Positions 18,882-26,875 of a DNA stretch of 64,000 nt are shown here, piece after piece. The notes under the pieces were generated by a model. It was given only the letters and a program-made list of their open reading frames with translations, was not told where the DNA came from and made no database searches. This stretch comes from an uncultured Candidatus Saccharibacteria bacterium (GTDB taxonomy: Bacteria; Patescibacteriota; Minisyncoccia; Phycocordibacterales; Phycocordibacteraceae): the NCBI GenBank assembly GCA_964507275.1, contig CAZDPG010000001.1:404577-468576 (forward strand), written 5' to 3'. The position numbers and the translations under genes were made by a program. Numbering within the stretch: position 1 is the stretch's first letter; each line of letters begins with the position of its first letter.

Positions 18882-18890
18882 ACTTTACCA
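18882..18890 (-). promoter_or_regulatory. Extended -10 promoter (TGgTAAAGT) for the L1-stalk-like RNA
   Basis: Same TGnTAnnnT + 6 nt spacing seen before many starts in this window; predicts +1 at about 18875, at the base of the closing helix. Confidence 0.55.
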
Positions 18891-18898
18891 TAAAACTA

Positions 18899-20143
18899 TT
18901 ACGCGTGGCTACCGGCAACGTAGCCAGTCGTCCAACAGAGCTGGAGCGAGTAGCCACCTGAGGGACGGCTGATATGGAGCAGGTCGCCCGTGATGAAAAG
19001 ATTATCGAGGATCTTGCTCTTCATCGTGTGCGTATCCACTTCAGTGAGGGGAAGCCCGCCATCAGCGACAACCGCACGATCGAGACCCATGAGTCCGGTG
19101 ATAGTCATCGGCAGGCATTTGAGCAGTGCGCCCAGCGACTTGCGATTCTCCTTCGTCACGCTATGCACTTTTGTTTCCGGATTGATGTCCGGTGTGAGCG
19201 ATAAAAGCGTTTCAGACATGCCAGGCGGTACGATGTCTTTCAGGACGTTCTTCAACAGCTTGTTCTTATTCGTATCAAAAATCTCGGTGATTTTTCTATC
19301 GAGCGCCCCGATATCCATCCCCGGGAAGAGATCGACGGTCGCCGTGACGACACCTTCCGGAAGCAAGCTCGCCACCTTCCCTGCACTGTTCAAGACCGTC
19401 GGACCCGAGATGCCGAAGTGCGTGAACAAGAGCGGACCAGTCTTCGAGAACTGCTTCACTCTATCGACGCAGAACGTAATCTTCATCGCACTGAGCGAGA
19501 CGCCCGCGAGCGCCTTCACCCACCCCTCCTGCACCTTCAAAGGTACGATGGTCGGTGTCGGCTTCGCTACAGTGTGCCCGAGCTCTTTGAGCCAAGCGAA
19601 GCCGTCGCCCGTCGAACCAGTCTCCGGATGTGAGACGCCCCCGGTCGCGAGGATATACGAGTGCGCAGAGAAGTCTCCGGCACTCGTCTCTACCCTCACT
19701 ATATGACCGCCGGCGACGACGATCTTCTTCACGGTCACCCCGGTGCGCACCTCGACTTTCCCCTGTGTGAGATACTTCTCAAGCGCCCTGACCACATCGC
19801 TCGCGCGTTCACTCGCAGGGAATGCCCGCTTATATGCCTGGACCACCAGCGGCAGACCGTGTGATTCAAAAAATGAAAATGTGTCCTTCATGCCGAATTG
19901 CGAGAAGGCTGAATACAAAAACTTATCAGCTACTCCGTACCTCGCGAGCAACACACGCTCGTCCTCTTCGGCATTCGTGATGTTACAGCGCCCGCCGCCC
20001 GTTATAGAGAGCTTAGCACCGAGCTCTGCGTTCTTCTCAATGAGAAGAACGCTCTTTCCGAGCTCTGCGGCACGCCCCGCCGTCATCATACCGGACGCCC
20101 CGCCGCCGATTACCAGCACGTCGTAGGAAGAGAGAGACCTCAT
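18899..20143 (-). CDS. HI0933/YhiN(BaiN)-family flavoprotein
   Basis: VIGGGASG, GAKLSITGGGRCNITN, ATGGVSHPETGSTGDG, LFTHFGISGP, GGYSLQLCWTTG. Confidence 0.9.
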   Translation of the reverse strand: MRSLSSYDVLVIGGGASGMMTAGRAAELGKSVLLIEKNAELGAKLSITGGGRCNITNAEEDERVLLARYGVADKFLYSAFSQFGMKDTFSFFESHGLPLVVQAYKRAFPASERASDVVRALEKYLTQGKVEVRTGVTVKKIVVAGGHIVRVETSAGDFSAHSYILATGGVSHPETGSTGDGFAWLKELGHTVAKPTPTIVPLKVQEGWVKALAGVSLSAMKITFCVDRVKQFSKTGPLLFTHFGISGPTVLNSAGKVASLLPEGVVTATVDLFPGMDIGALDRKITEIFDTNKNKLLKNVLKDIVPPGMSETLLSLTPDINPETKVHSVTKENRKSLGALLKCLPMTITGLMGLDRAVVADGGLPLTEVDTHTMKSKILDNLFITGDLLHISRPSGGYSLQLCWTTGYVAGSHA

Positions 20144-20161
20144 AGAGGCTTGCTGCGCTTA

Positions 20162-20500
20162 CTACTGATCCGAGATGACGCGCGTCTGCGCCTCAATAGC
20201 GGAGATGAGTCGGTCGAGCTTCGTGTTCAAGATGCTGAACTGCTTCTTCAGATCGTTTGAGCCGTCTTCCTTGTATTCGGTCGGACGAGAAAATGGCTGT
20301 CCCGTGAAAGACGTCGTAGTCTCCTTGCCTTTGTAGCAGTTGCGGCAATAGACCGGTTTCTTGCCGTTTGGCTTGAATGGAACTTCGCATGGCGCGTGGC
20401 ACCCGTCGCAAGTCGTCTTGTGCGTCTCATTCGAGCGGTCGTCAGAACCGAAGGAAGGACGTCTCGGGCCGAAGCTATGTGATTTCTTAAAGTCTTTCAT
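20162..20500 (-). CDS. CxxC-x17-CxxC zinc-ribbon protein
   Basis: CDGC...EVPFKP..KPVYCRNC; start placed at MKDFKK. Confidence 0.85.
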   Translation of the reverse strand: MKDFKKSHSFGPRRPSFGSDDRSNETHKTTCDGCHAPCEVPFKPNGKKPVYCRNCYKGKETTTSFTGQPFSRPTEYKEDGSNDLKKQFSILNTKLDRLISAIEAQTRVISDQ

Positions 20501-20557
20501 GGAGGTGATGATTAAACTGCAAAATAACATATTTCCTAAAGAAAGGCAAGGAGCATG

Positions 20558-20586
20558 AGAAAAGCCGCTTCGGATGCGGCTTTTCT
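20558..20586 (-). terminator. Rho-independent terminator
   Basis: AGAAAAGCCGC..GCGGCTTTTCT, downstream of the cupin gene. Confidence 0.7.
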
Positions 20587-20605
20587 GTACAAAGCACTCG
20601 AATTC

Positions 20606-21004
20606 CTATTCCGTCGTATGACCGTCGAAATGTTCCCCTTCGTCAGCCTCGGCGTCAGCCTTCGTCGCATGGACGGTGCCGTCCTTATGGTTCGGCGGAG
20701 CGTAGATTGTGTAGAGCTTCATCGGCTGGTCAGAAGAGGTGTTGACGATGTTATGCATCGCTCCATGCGGTACGACGATGGCGGAGCCGTCTTTTAGTTC
20801 GTGGGTGACGCCGTCCAGAATCGCCTGCCCTTCCCCTGCCTCGACGCGGATGAACTGATCCAAGTGGTGCACCTCCGCACCGATCTCCTCACCTGGTGCG
20901 AGACTCATCAGTACCAGCTGCACGTGCTGTCCGGTGTAGAGCACTTTTCTAAAATGCTCGTTTTCGATGGATGCTTGTTCTATGTTGGTGACGAATCCTT
21001 TCAT
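20606..21004 (-). CDS. Cupin domain protein
   Basis: GEEIGAEVH..DQFIRVEAG, VPHGAMHNIVN, KLYTIYAPPNH. Confidence 0.88.
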   Translation of the reverse strand: MKGFVTNIEQASIENEHFRKVLYTGQHVQLVLMSLAPGEEIGAEVHHLDQFIRVEAGEGQAILDGVTHELKDGSAIVVPHGAMHNIVNTSSDQPMKLYTIYAPPNHKDGTVHATKADAEADEGEHFDGHTTE

Positions 21005-21013
21005 ACCTCCAGA

Positions 21014-21868
21014 TTACTTCAAACGAACCGGTATCTCAAGCGCATCGTCATGCTCGGGCAGGCCAGAAGGATTGTCTTTCTTCAAGATGAGCGTGCCACT
21101 ACGCGAATACTGCCCCGATATGAGAGCGGTGTCGAAGGTGAGCGTTGCTTTGAAGGGAACGAATTCGGTCGTCATCCAGTCACTCTCTGCTTCCGCAATT
21201 CCCTGACCGATTATCTTTCCATCCCAGTCGGTGAGGAATATGGGGAAACTGGCCTCGAAATACCAATTGCCACGTGCTTCTCCGGTGATGGTCACGGGGC
21301 TTCCTATCTCGGCGTTAGGAAGCGGACTCGTGAGCCGGATCAGATGACTCTTGTCGATAACAAGAATCGTCCCTTCGACTTTCAGATACTTGCTCACGCC
21401 AACGGATGGCTGGGTGGTCATCGGCTCACCAGACCTCCTGTCTGCGTAATTCACGATCAGCTGACCCTCTCTGATCTCCGTCGTCTGCGGAGCGATCCTG
21501 TCGCCGAGCAATACTGCGTTCGTACCCTGATATCCATCACTTGTCTTAAGGGCAACAACCGAGTAATAGAATGTTCCACTCCCACCTGCGTCCTGCGTGA
21601 GGAGGAACGCGACATCAGGCATGCCGTCATTATTCAGGTCTCCGGTCGCCTCATTACCGAAGTACTGCGTCACCATCTTGGAGGCCGAGCCTGGTGCGGC
21701 GACTGTCTCTGCACGACCATCGATGAGCGTCACCGACTGCCCTTCGATGATGTACGTGGCGTTTTTGTAATCTGCCTGGGGTACTACTACTTGATCCTGG
21801 CTCATCCAAAACCATACTCCGATAATAAGAAGCAACGCAGCACCTCCCACTGTTATCGATGTTTTCAT
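21014..21868 (-). CDS. Membrane-anchored extracellular protein with C-terminal Gmad2-like Ig domain
   Basis: N-terminal TM; GDLNNDG..D; C-terminal ITGEARGNWYFEASFP...WMT..FVPF...DNPSG. Confidence 0.7.
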   Translation of the reverse strand: MKTSITVGGAALLLIIGVWFWMSQDQVVVPQADYKNATYIIEGQSVTLIDGRAETVAAPGSASKMVTQYFGNEATGDLNNDGMPDVAFLLTQDAGGSGTFYYSVVALKTSDGYQGTNAVLLGDRIAPQTTEIREGQLIVNYADRRSGEPMTTQPSVGVSKYLKVEGTILVIDKSHLIRLTSPLPNAEIGSPVTITGEARGNWYFEASFPIFLTDWDGKIIGQGIAEAESDWMTTEFVPFKATLTFDTALISGQYSRSGTLILKKDNPSGLPEHDDALEIPVRLK

Positions 21869-21919
21869 ACCGTAAGTATACCAACTCGGATAGCGAACCT
21901 CGGCGGATGACGTGCTACC

Positions 21920-23341
21920 CTATCTCGTTCCTTCTTCTGTAAATATTTCCTCCGAGACCCTCTCAATCAGGACTTCTTCTGCACCGATGAGTCGCTTTTT
22001 CTTCCAGTCCCCTCGTGCGTATATGCCGACCGTAACCAGAGCGATGATGATGCTTGAAATCGGAAATGCCCACCAGATGCCGACGGTACCCAGTGCGGTA
22101 TGTTTTGAGAGAATATATGCGAGCGGGAATTGAAGGACCCACTGCGACACGAGCGTGAGGATCATAGCGGTGACCATGTTCCCCGAAGCACGCAGTACCC
22201 CGGTAAGTGCAAGCTGCGCGCCCATGAAGCCCCATGACAGTGCCACGATACGCAGGAACACTGAACCGGCGGCAATGACATCAGGAGCACCAGGAATGAA
22301 GAACGAAATGATTTGCGATGCGAACAGAAACACGACAACGCCCAAACCGGTAAGCATCCCGAACCCGAGCCAGGCCCCGAGCCGTCCAATACGCGCTGCG
22401 CGATCGACATTACCAGCGCCGATATTCTGACCAACGAGGGTAGAGACCGCCATCGAGAGACCCATGGCAGGAATCATGATGACCTGCAGCACCGTTGATC
22501 CGACTCCGTAGGCGGCAATGGCGAGCGTTCCGAAACTCGTGATGAGAAACGTCATCATAGTAAGTCCGAGTGCTCGAGCCGATTGCTCGATCGATGCCGG
22601 GAAACCGAGGAGAAAGGCTCGTTGTATGTACTCAAAATCGGGTATGAAATCTTTGCGCCGGACATGCACGCCGCTCTTCCCGAGCCATAGTACTGCCATG
22701 CCGATGATTGCGGCGATGCCCTGCGTACTGAGAGTAGCAATGGCCGCGCCCATGACGCCGTACGCTTTAATCGGTCCCCATCCGAATATGAGTAGCGGGT
22801 CAAGGACGAAGTTGAGCAGAACGGTGCCGGACACGATGTAAATAGGAAGAGTTACGTTGCCGACGCCGCGCATGATCGCCTGGAAGACAAAGAACGTGAA
22901 GTTGAAAATGAGCGCAATGAAGGACACGCGCATGAAGCCGAGTGCTCCAGCATACACGTCCGGCGCGACGCCCATGAGCCGCAGCAGAGTTGGCGCGGCG
23001 ATGTATCCGATAGCCCCGAGGACAACCGAGACAACTGCGACCATAAGAAGTGTCTGCGCTGCGACATGACTCACCATCTCGTGATTTCTTGCACCGATAT
23101 ATTGCGCGATAAGGGTCGAACCGGCTATGGCCAGTCCCGCACCCAATGCAATCATCAAAAAGGTCACTGGGAAGCTGACCGACACGGCAGCGACTGCGGC
23201 ATCGCCCAACCGGCCGACCCAAAAGGCGTCAGTAATCTGATAACCTGCCTGGAGAATATTCGCCGCCACAATCGGTATTGCGAGCGTAAGAAGTGAACGA
23301 AGGATAGAACCTTCGAACAGCGCGTTGTTTCGTTCAGGCAT
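21920..23341 (-). CDS. MATE-family efflux transporter
   Basis: LAIPIV..DAFWVGRLG..AVAA, RGVGN..P, NFVLDPLLIFG, GQNIGAGN; start placed at MPERNN. Confidence 0.92.
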   Translation of the reverse strand: MPERNNALFEGSILRSLLTLAIPIVAANILQAGYQITDAFWVGRLGDAAVAAVSVSFPVTFLMIALGAGLAIAGSTLIAQYIGARNHEMVSHVAAQTLLMVAVVSVVLGAIGYIAAPTLLRLMGVAPDVYAGALGFMRVSFIALIFNFTFFVFQAIMRGVGNVTLPIYIVSGTVLLNFVLDPLLIFGWGPIKAYGVMGAAIATLSTQGIAAIIGMAVLWLGKSGVHVRRKDFIPDFEYIQRAFLLGFPASIEQSARALGLTMMTFLITSFGTLAIAAYGVGSTVLQVIMIPAMGLSMAVSTLVGQNIGAGNVDRAARIGRLGAWLGFGMLTGLGVVVFLFASQIISFFIPGAPDVIAAGSVFLRIVALSWGFMGAQLALTGVLRASGNMVTAMILTLVSQWVLQFPLAYILSKHTALGTVGIWWAFPISSIIIALVTVGIYARGDWKKKRLIGAEEVLIERVSEEIFTEEGTR

Positions 23342-23406
23342 AGATTTGTTGATTATACACAGGGTGATTCTAATCACCCGATGTGCTACGACATGACTTC
23401 CGTTTC

Positions 23407-23820
23407 CTAAATCATGAGAACCGCCCCGATGGTTATCAGAGCCGCCCCGAAGAGCGCCTTCCAAGAAAACTGCGTACCTAGAAATAAGAGGGAGAGGAGG
23501 AGGACAAACACGACGCTTGTCCGGTCGATGGCAGACACGCCAGGCGCCGGACCAATCTTGAGTGCAGAGAACATGGCGAGCCACGAGAGCGCGCCAGCGA
23601 TGCCAGAGAGCGTAATGAAAAGAAGCGCCCGCCCGTGCGGCAAAGATGCGAGATTAATCTTACCCAACCCTAAAGATACGACGACGAGGAATCCCGCCAT
23701 TATGACCGCCCGTACTGTCGTCGCGACGGTCGTATCAACACCCTGAAGACCGATTTTCCCGAGCACTGCCACCAGAGCAGCAAAGACTGCCCCGACGAGT
23801 GCCAGCAACATCCATGTCAT
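23407..23820 (-). CDS. EamA/DMT-family small transporter
   Basis: Five TM segments; FAALVAVLGKIGL, IDRTSVV motifs. Confidence 0.85.
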   Translation of the reverse strand: MTWMLLALVGAVFAALVAVLGKIGLQGVDTTVATTVRAVIMAGFLVVVSLGLGKINLASLPHGRALLFITLSGIAGALSWLAMFSALKIGPAPGVSAIDRTSVVFVLLLSLLFLGTQFSWKALFGAALITIGAVLMI

Positions 23821-23841
23821 AGGGAAATCATACCGCGCGAA

Positions 23842-24429
23842 TTACTCCTGGCCAGGATTCGGTATGAAATGGATTGACTCAAGAAGCGGCTGGAAATCGC
23901 GTCGAATGTCGGAGTCCTTGTCCAAGAACTGTCCTGTTATGACGTAAACACTGTCTCCATGAGCAACCACGGCGTTCTCTGATGCATAGAGGCCGTCTGC
24001 TATATAGCGTATCGCATTGGCTCCACCAACCGTAGTCTCTGAAACATCGCCCGTCTTGAGGTTGATATTGCTGTACGGAATGTGTGTATCAGCCCACGTC
24101 TGCGGCCACTGCTTCTGCGGATTCTCAAAGATATATATCGCTATGACCGCAGGTCCCTCGCCGCCGACAGGCATTTCTCGCGACGCGTCCTCGGCACGGA
24201 TGAGAGTGAGTGCCTTCACGAGACCCGCTTGCGCATCTGCAGGCGCTGATTCTTCGAGCACATAGCCCTGCGGCCCAGAACGATAAGAAAACTCAATGCC
24301 AAGCTCGCTACTACTAAAGGTCGAGTACTGAGTATTTAGTCCCAGATTAATTTCTGTGACATCTGTTCGAAGCAGGACGAGCCCTGCCACGGCGAGCACT
24401 GCCACAAGGATGAGTAGCATTTTCTTCAT
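23842..24429 (-). CDS. Exported hypothetical protein (PsbP-like fold possible)
   Basis: MKK + hydrophobic signal/anchor; LGIEFSY; C-terminal LLESIHF. Confidence 0.6.
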   Translation of the reverse strand: MKKMLLILVAVLAVAGLVLLRTDVTEINLGLNTQYSTFSSSELGIEFSYRSGPQGYVLEESAPADAQAGLVKALTLIRAEDASREMPVGGEGPAVIAIYIFENPQKQWPQTWADTHIPYSNINLKTGDVSETTVGGANAIRYIADGLYASENAVVAHGDSVYVITGQFLDKDSDIRRDFQPLLESIHFIPNPGQE

Positions 24430-24436
24430 GTTCACA

Positions 24437-24718
24437 TCAGATCTGCGCGCCGTCACCGAGATTCACCTCAGCCTTATAACGCTCAATTACCTCAGGATGC
24501 TTGCCTTCTTTGCACTCAGCGACGAATTTCTCAGCACTCGCGCCATCGGGGAAGGTCATGTAAGAGAGAGATCCCTCGCACACCGCATTGATGTCGATCT
24601 TGCCCTGTGAAGCCGTATCGGTTTGCCTTTGTGTGGAGAGACCATAGCCTATACCCACAATAACGAGCCCTGCAAGAATAATTAAAGCTGTTTTCATAGC
24701 GGCGAGTGTTTTCCTCAT
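24437..24718 (-). CDS. Small membrane-anchored protein with two Cys
   Basis: N-terminal TM; KIDINAVCE..FVAECKEG. Confidence 0.6.
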   Translation of the reverse strand: MRKTLAAMKTALIILAGLVIVGIGYGLSTQRQTDTASQGKIDINAVCEGSLSYMTFPDGASAEKFVAECKEGKHPEVIERYKAEVNLGDGAQI

Positions 24719-24878
24719 GATGATAATTATACGCTCCTAACCCGTCTAGGTCGCCGGGTACCAAAAACTAAGCTGCTGGCCTCCTCGGATTCGTACATTG
24801 TACCGTGAGGCACTATAAGGGTTTTCTGGCGCCTTTTTTCAGCCCCTTTCGACCCTCCTCGGAATGGCGCTTTCGTCG

Positions 24879-25421
24879 CTAAATGTTACTAACTCTATTG
24901 TGGATATACGCTGACGCCTCCTGACGGAAGGATTCAATAAATTCGTTGGGGATATTGTGTTCTCCTCGTATCGCATAAGCTCTCATATTACTCAGGTACT
25001 CCCACTCAACTATCGCCATAATGACTTGTTCGAGAGTTTTGTTTGGAAGCTGAATTAGATCAGTGTAATAACCGTCTGCACCGAGGTCTTGTGCATCGAA
25101 CTTTCTCCGAGTATCAAGAATGATATTTAGGATATCGTTTTCCGAATATGACGGAACAAACTTATTTTCAGCATTTTCTTGCCTGAATTTCTTTATATCC
25201 CCAACCGTCGCATCATTCCGGAGCCCACTTTCATTTGTGAGGCTCTCAATGTTAACAGACGGTTTTGCGGTTTTTGCCCATGCTTTAAAAGCGGAAGAAT
25301 TCTCATCCTTCAGCTTCTTATAAATCCTTATCTGGTGGCTTACTACTCCCTTATATCCAAGAAACGGCAATGCCTTTACGAGCAATCCGGCGAGAAATCC
25401 CCTAGAATTCAAAATCTGCAT
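24879..25421 (-). CDS. Hypothetical protein in AT-rich islet
   Basis: 180-aa ORF, visibly AT-richer than the flanks. Confidence 0.55.
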   Translation of the reverse strand: MQILNSRGFLAGLLVKALPFLGYKGVVSHQIRIYKKLKDENSSAFKAWAKTAKPSVNIESLTNESGLRNDATVGDIKKFRQENAENKFVPSYSENDILNIILDTRRKFDAQDLGADGYYTDLIQLPNKTLEQVIMAIVEWEYLSNMRAYAIRGEHNIPNEFIESFRQEASAYIHNRVSNI

Positions 25422-25483
25422 TTCTGTATTTTATCACCTTCAAACTCCCGATGGGTCAAAGTGGCCAATCTCCTTCATGATTG

Positions 25484-26173
25484 TTACTTCATATATCCTC
25501 CTCCAGAACCCATTTGCTCTCCAAATTTATATAAGAAATTCTGTTGCGTCTCATATGTCTTCTCAGGAAAACCGGCAATGGCGGCGTTATACTTAATGGT
25601 AAGCGAACAAACCATATCTTCACCGCCCTGCAAACTTATAGATTTTACGATACTTTGGTTGATGCCTATAACATCATTTTTCGACACAAACGTCGGTGGT
25701 TCTTTAGACGGACAATCCATAGCCTGGTATAAAATTCTTGCAGGTAAATTCCCAGAATTTTTTATAAAAATCCGATAGTCTGATTTTTTAGATACTAAAT
25801 CCGTATTTCCTTCAACATTTTCAATTGTCAGGTATGGTCTCGTCCTGAGTTCGAATTCAATGCCTGCTCTTTGTGTCGCAAGCCAAGAGAAAATCATACT
25901 TGAAACAGCAACAATGGCTAAAATTCTATTTGTTAAAATTGAATTTCTTCTTTCCAAATTTATTGCTTCATTTTCTTTTTCGTAAACGTTTGATTTTTCA
26001 ATCTCCATATCCATCTCATCCTTAAAATCATCCGCTAGGCTCTTTTCGGCTCTTTCTCTCACACTGGAAAAGGCAAGTCCACGTTCAGCGAAGTTGTTTT
26101 GCATCTCTAACAAATCCCGGTCGTGCTTTCTTTTACGGAACCTTAACCAAATCTCAAGATATTTATGATTCAT
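25484..26173 (-). CDS. Hypothetical single-TM protein in AT-rich islet
   Basis: Start placed at MNHKY just after the tRNA; helical N-terminus, one TM, then RPYL...IKNSGNLPA beta domain. Confidence 0.6.
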   Translation of the reverse strand: MNHKYLEIWLRFRKRKHDRDLLEMQNNFAERGLAFSSVRERAEKSLADDFKDEMDMEIEKSNVYEKENEAINLERRNSILTNRILAIVAVSSMIFSWLATQRAGIEFELRTRPYLTIENVEGNTDLVSKKSDYRIFIKNSGNLPARILYQAMDCPSKEPPTFVSKNDVIGINQSIVKSISLQGGEDMVCSLTIKYNAAIAGFPEKTYETQQNFLYKFGEQMGSGGGYMK

Positions 26174-26186
26174 ATTGTGATCTCTG

Positions 26187-26257
26187 CTGCGGGTCAGGGA
26201 CTCGAACCCCAATACCATCCTCCAGAGGGATGTGTCCTACCATTAGACGAACCCGCA
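26187..26257 (-). tRNA. tRNA-Gln(CTG)
   Basis: TGCGGGT/ACCCGCA acceptor; CATCC-CT-CTG-GA-GGATG anticodon arm; GGTTCGAGTCC T-arm. Confidence 0.95.
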
Positions 26258-26324
26258 AGAGCACGACACCGAAGTGCCGTGCTCCATAGAAGATACTTGA
26301 AAACGGTCCTTTATTCAACCAGCA

Positions 26325-26864
26325 CTATTGAGTCCAGAACAGGTGGTAGATAAATGAAACGAGAGGATCGGCATCCGGACCGTAGACGATAGCTGCGCCG
26401 AGTGCCCCAGTTATAGTCATACCAACGAGAGCAATGAGCGCGAGGAGGGGCAGGAACCAGGTATCAAGCACGAGGTGAGTAAAGTATCGTCTGAGACTGA
26501 GAACGCGCAGCAAGAAAGGATTCGTCCCGAAGATACGATTGCTCCACCCTCTCTGATCACAGATGCGCGTGAGGTAGGCCGCGGCAAGCACGAGATACAC
26601 GAGTGTCGTTGCAGCAGCAAAAGGTGCATGCACTTCAAGAATGAAATCATTGGGAACAAGTCCTTCGACGAGTTCCTCTGCCATACCGCCAGTGACGAGA
26701 GCCGCAAAGGCCGCGAGTACGCCAGCAAAGAGAAGGAAGGCTTTTACTGGGAATGCCCATGCCTGGCGACGTACCATGGGGAACGCATAGACGCCTAGCT
26801 CAAGGAGCGAATATACCGCGAGCAGGCCTATCGGGAAATGCACAAAGAGAGGGTGGATGTTCAT
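26325..26864 (-). CDS. DUF2231-like membrane protein
   Basis: N-terminal HPLFVHFPIGL, internal His, GALGAAIVYG. Confidence 0.75.
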   Translation of the reverse strand: MNIHPLFVHFPIGLLAVYSLLELGVYAFPMVRRQAWAFPVKAFLLFAGVLAAFAALVTGGMAEELVEGLVPNDFILEVHAPFAAATTLVYLVLAAAYLTRICDQRGWSNRIFGTNPFLLRVLSLRRYFTHLVLDTWFLPLLALIALVGMTITGALGAAIVYGPDADPLVSFIYHLFWTQ

Positions 26865-26875
26865 GTTTACTATGG

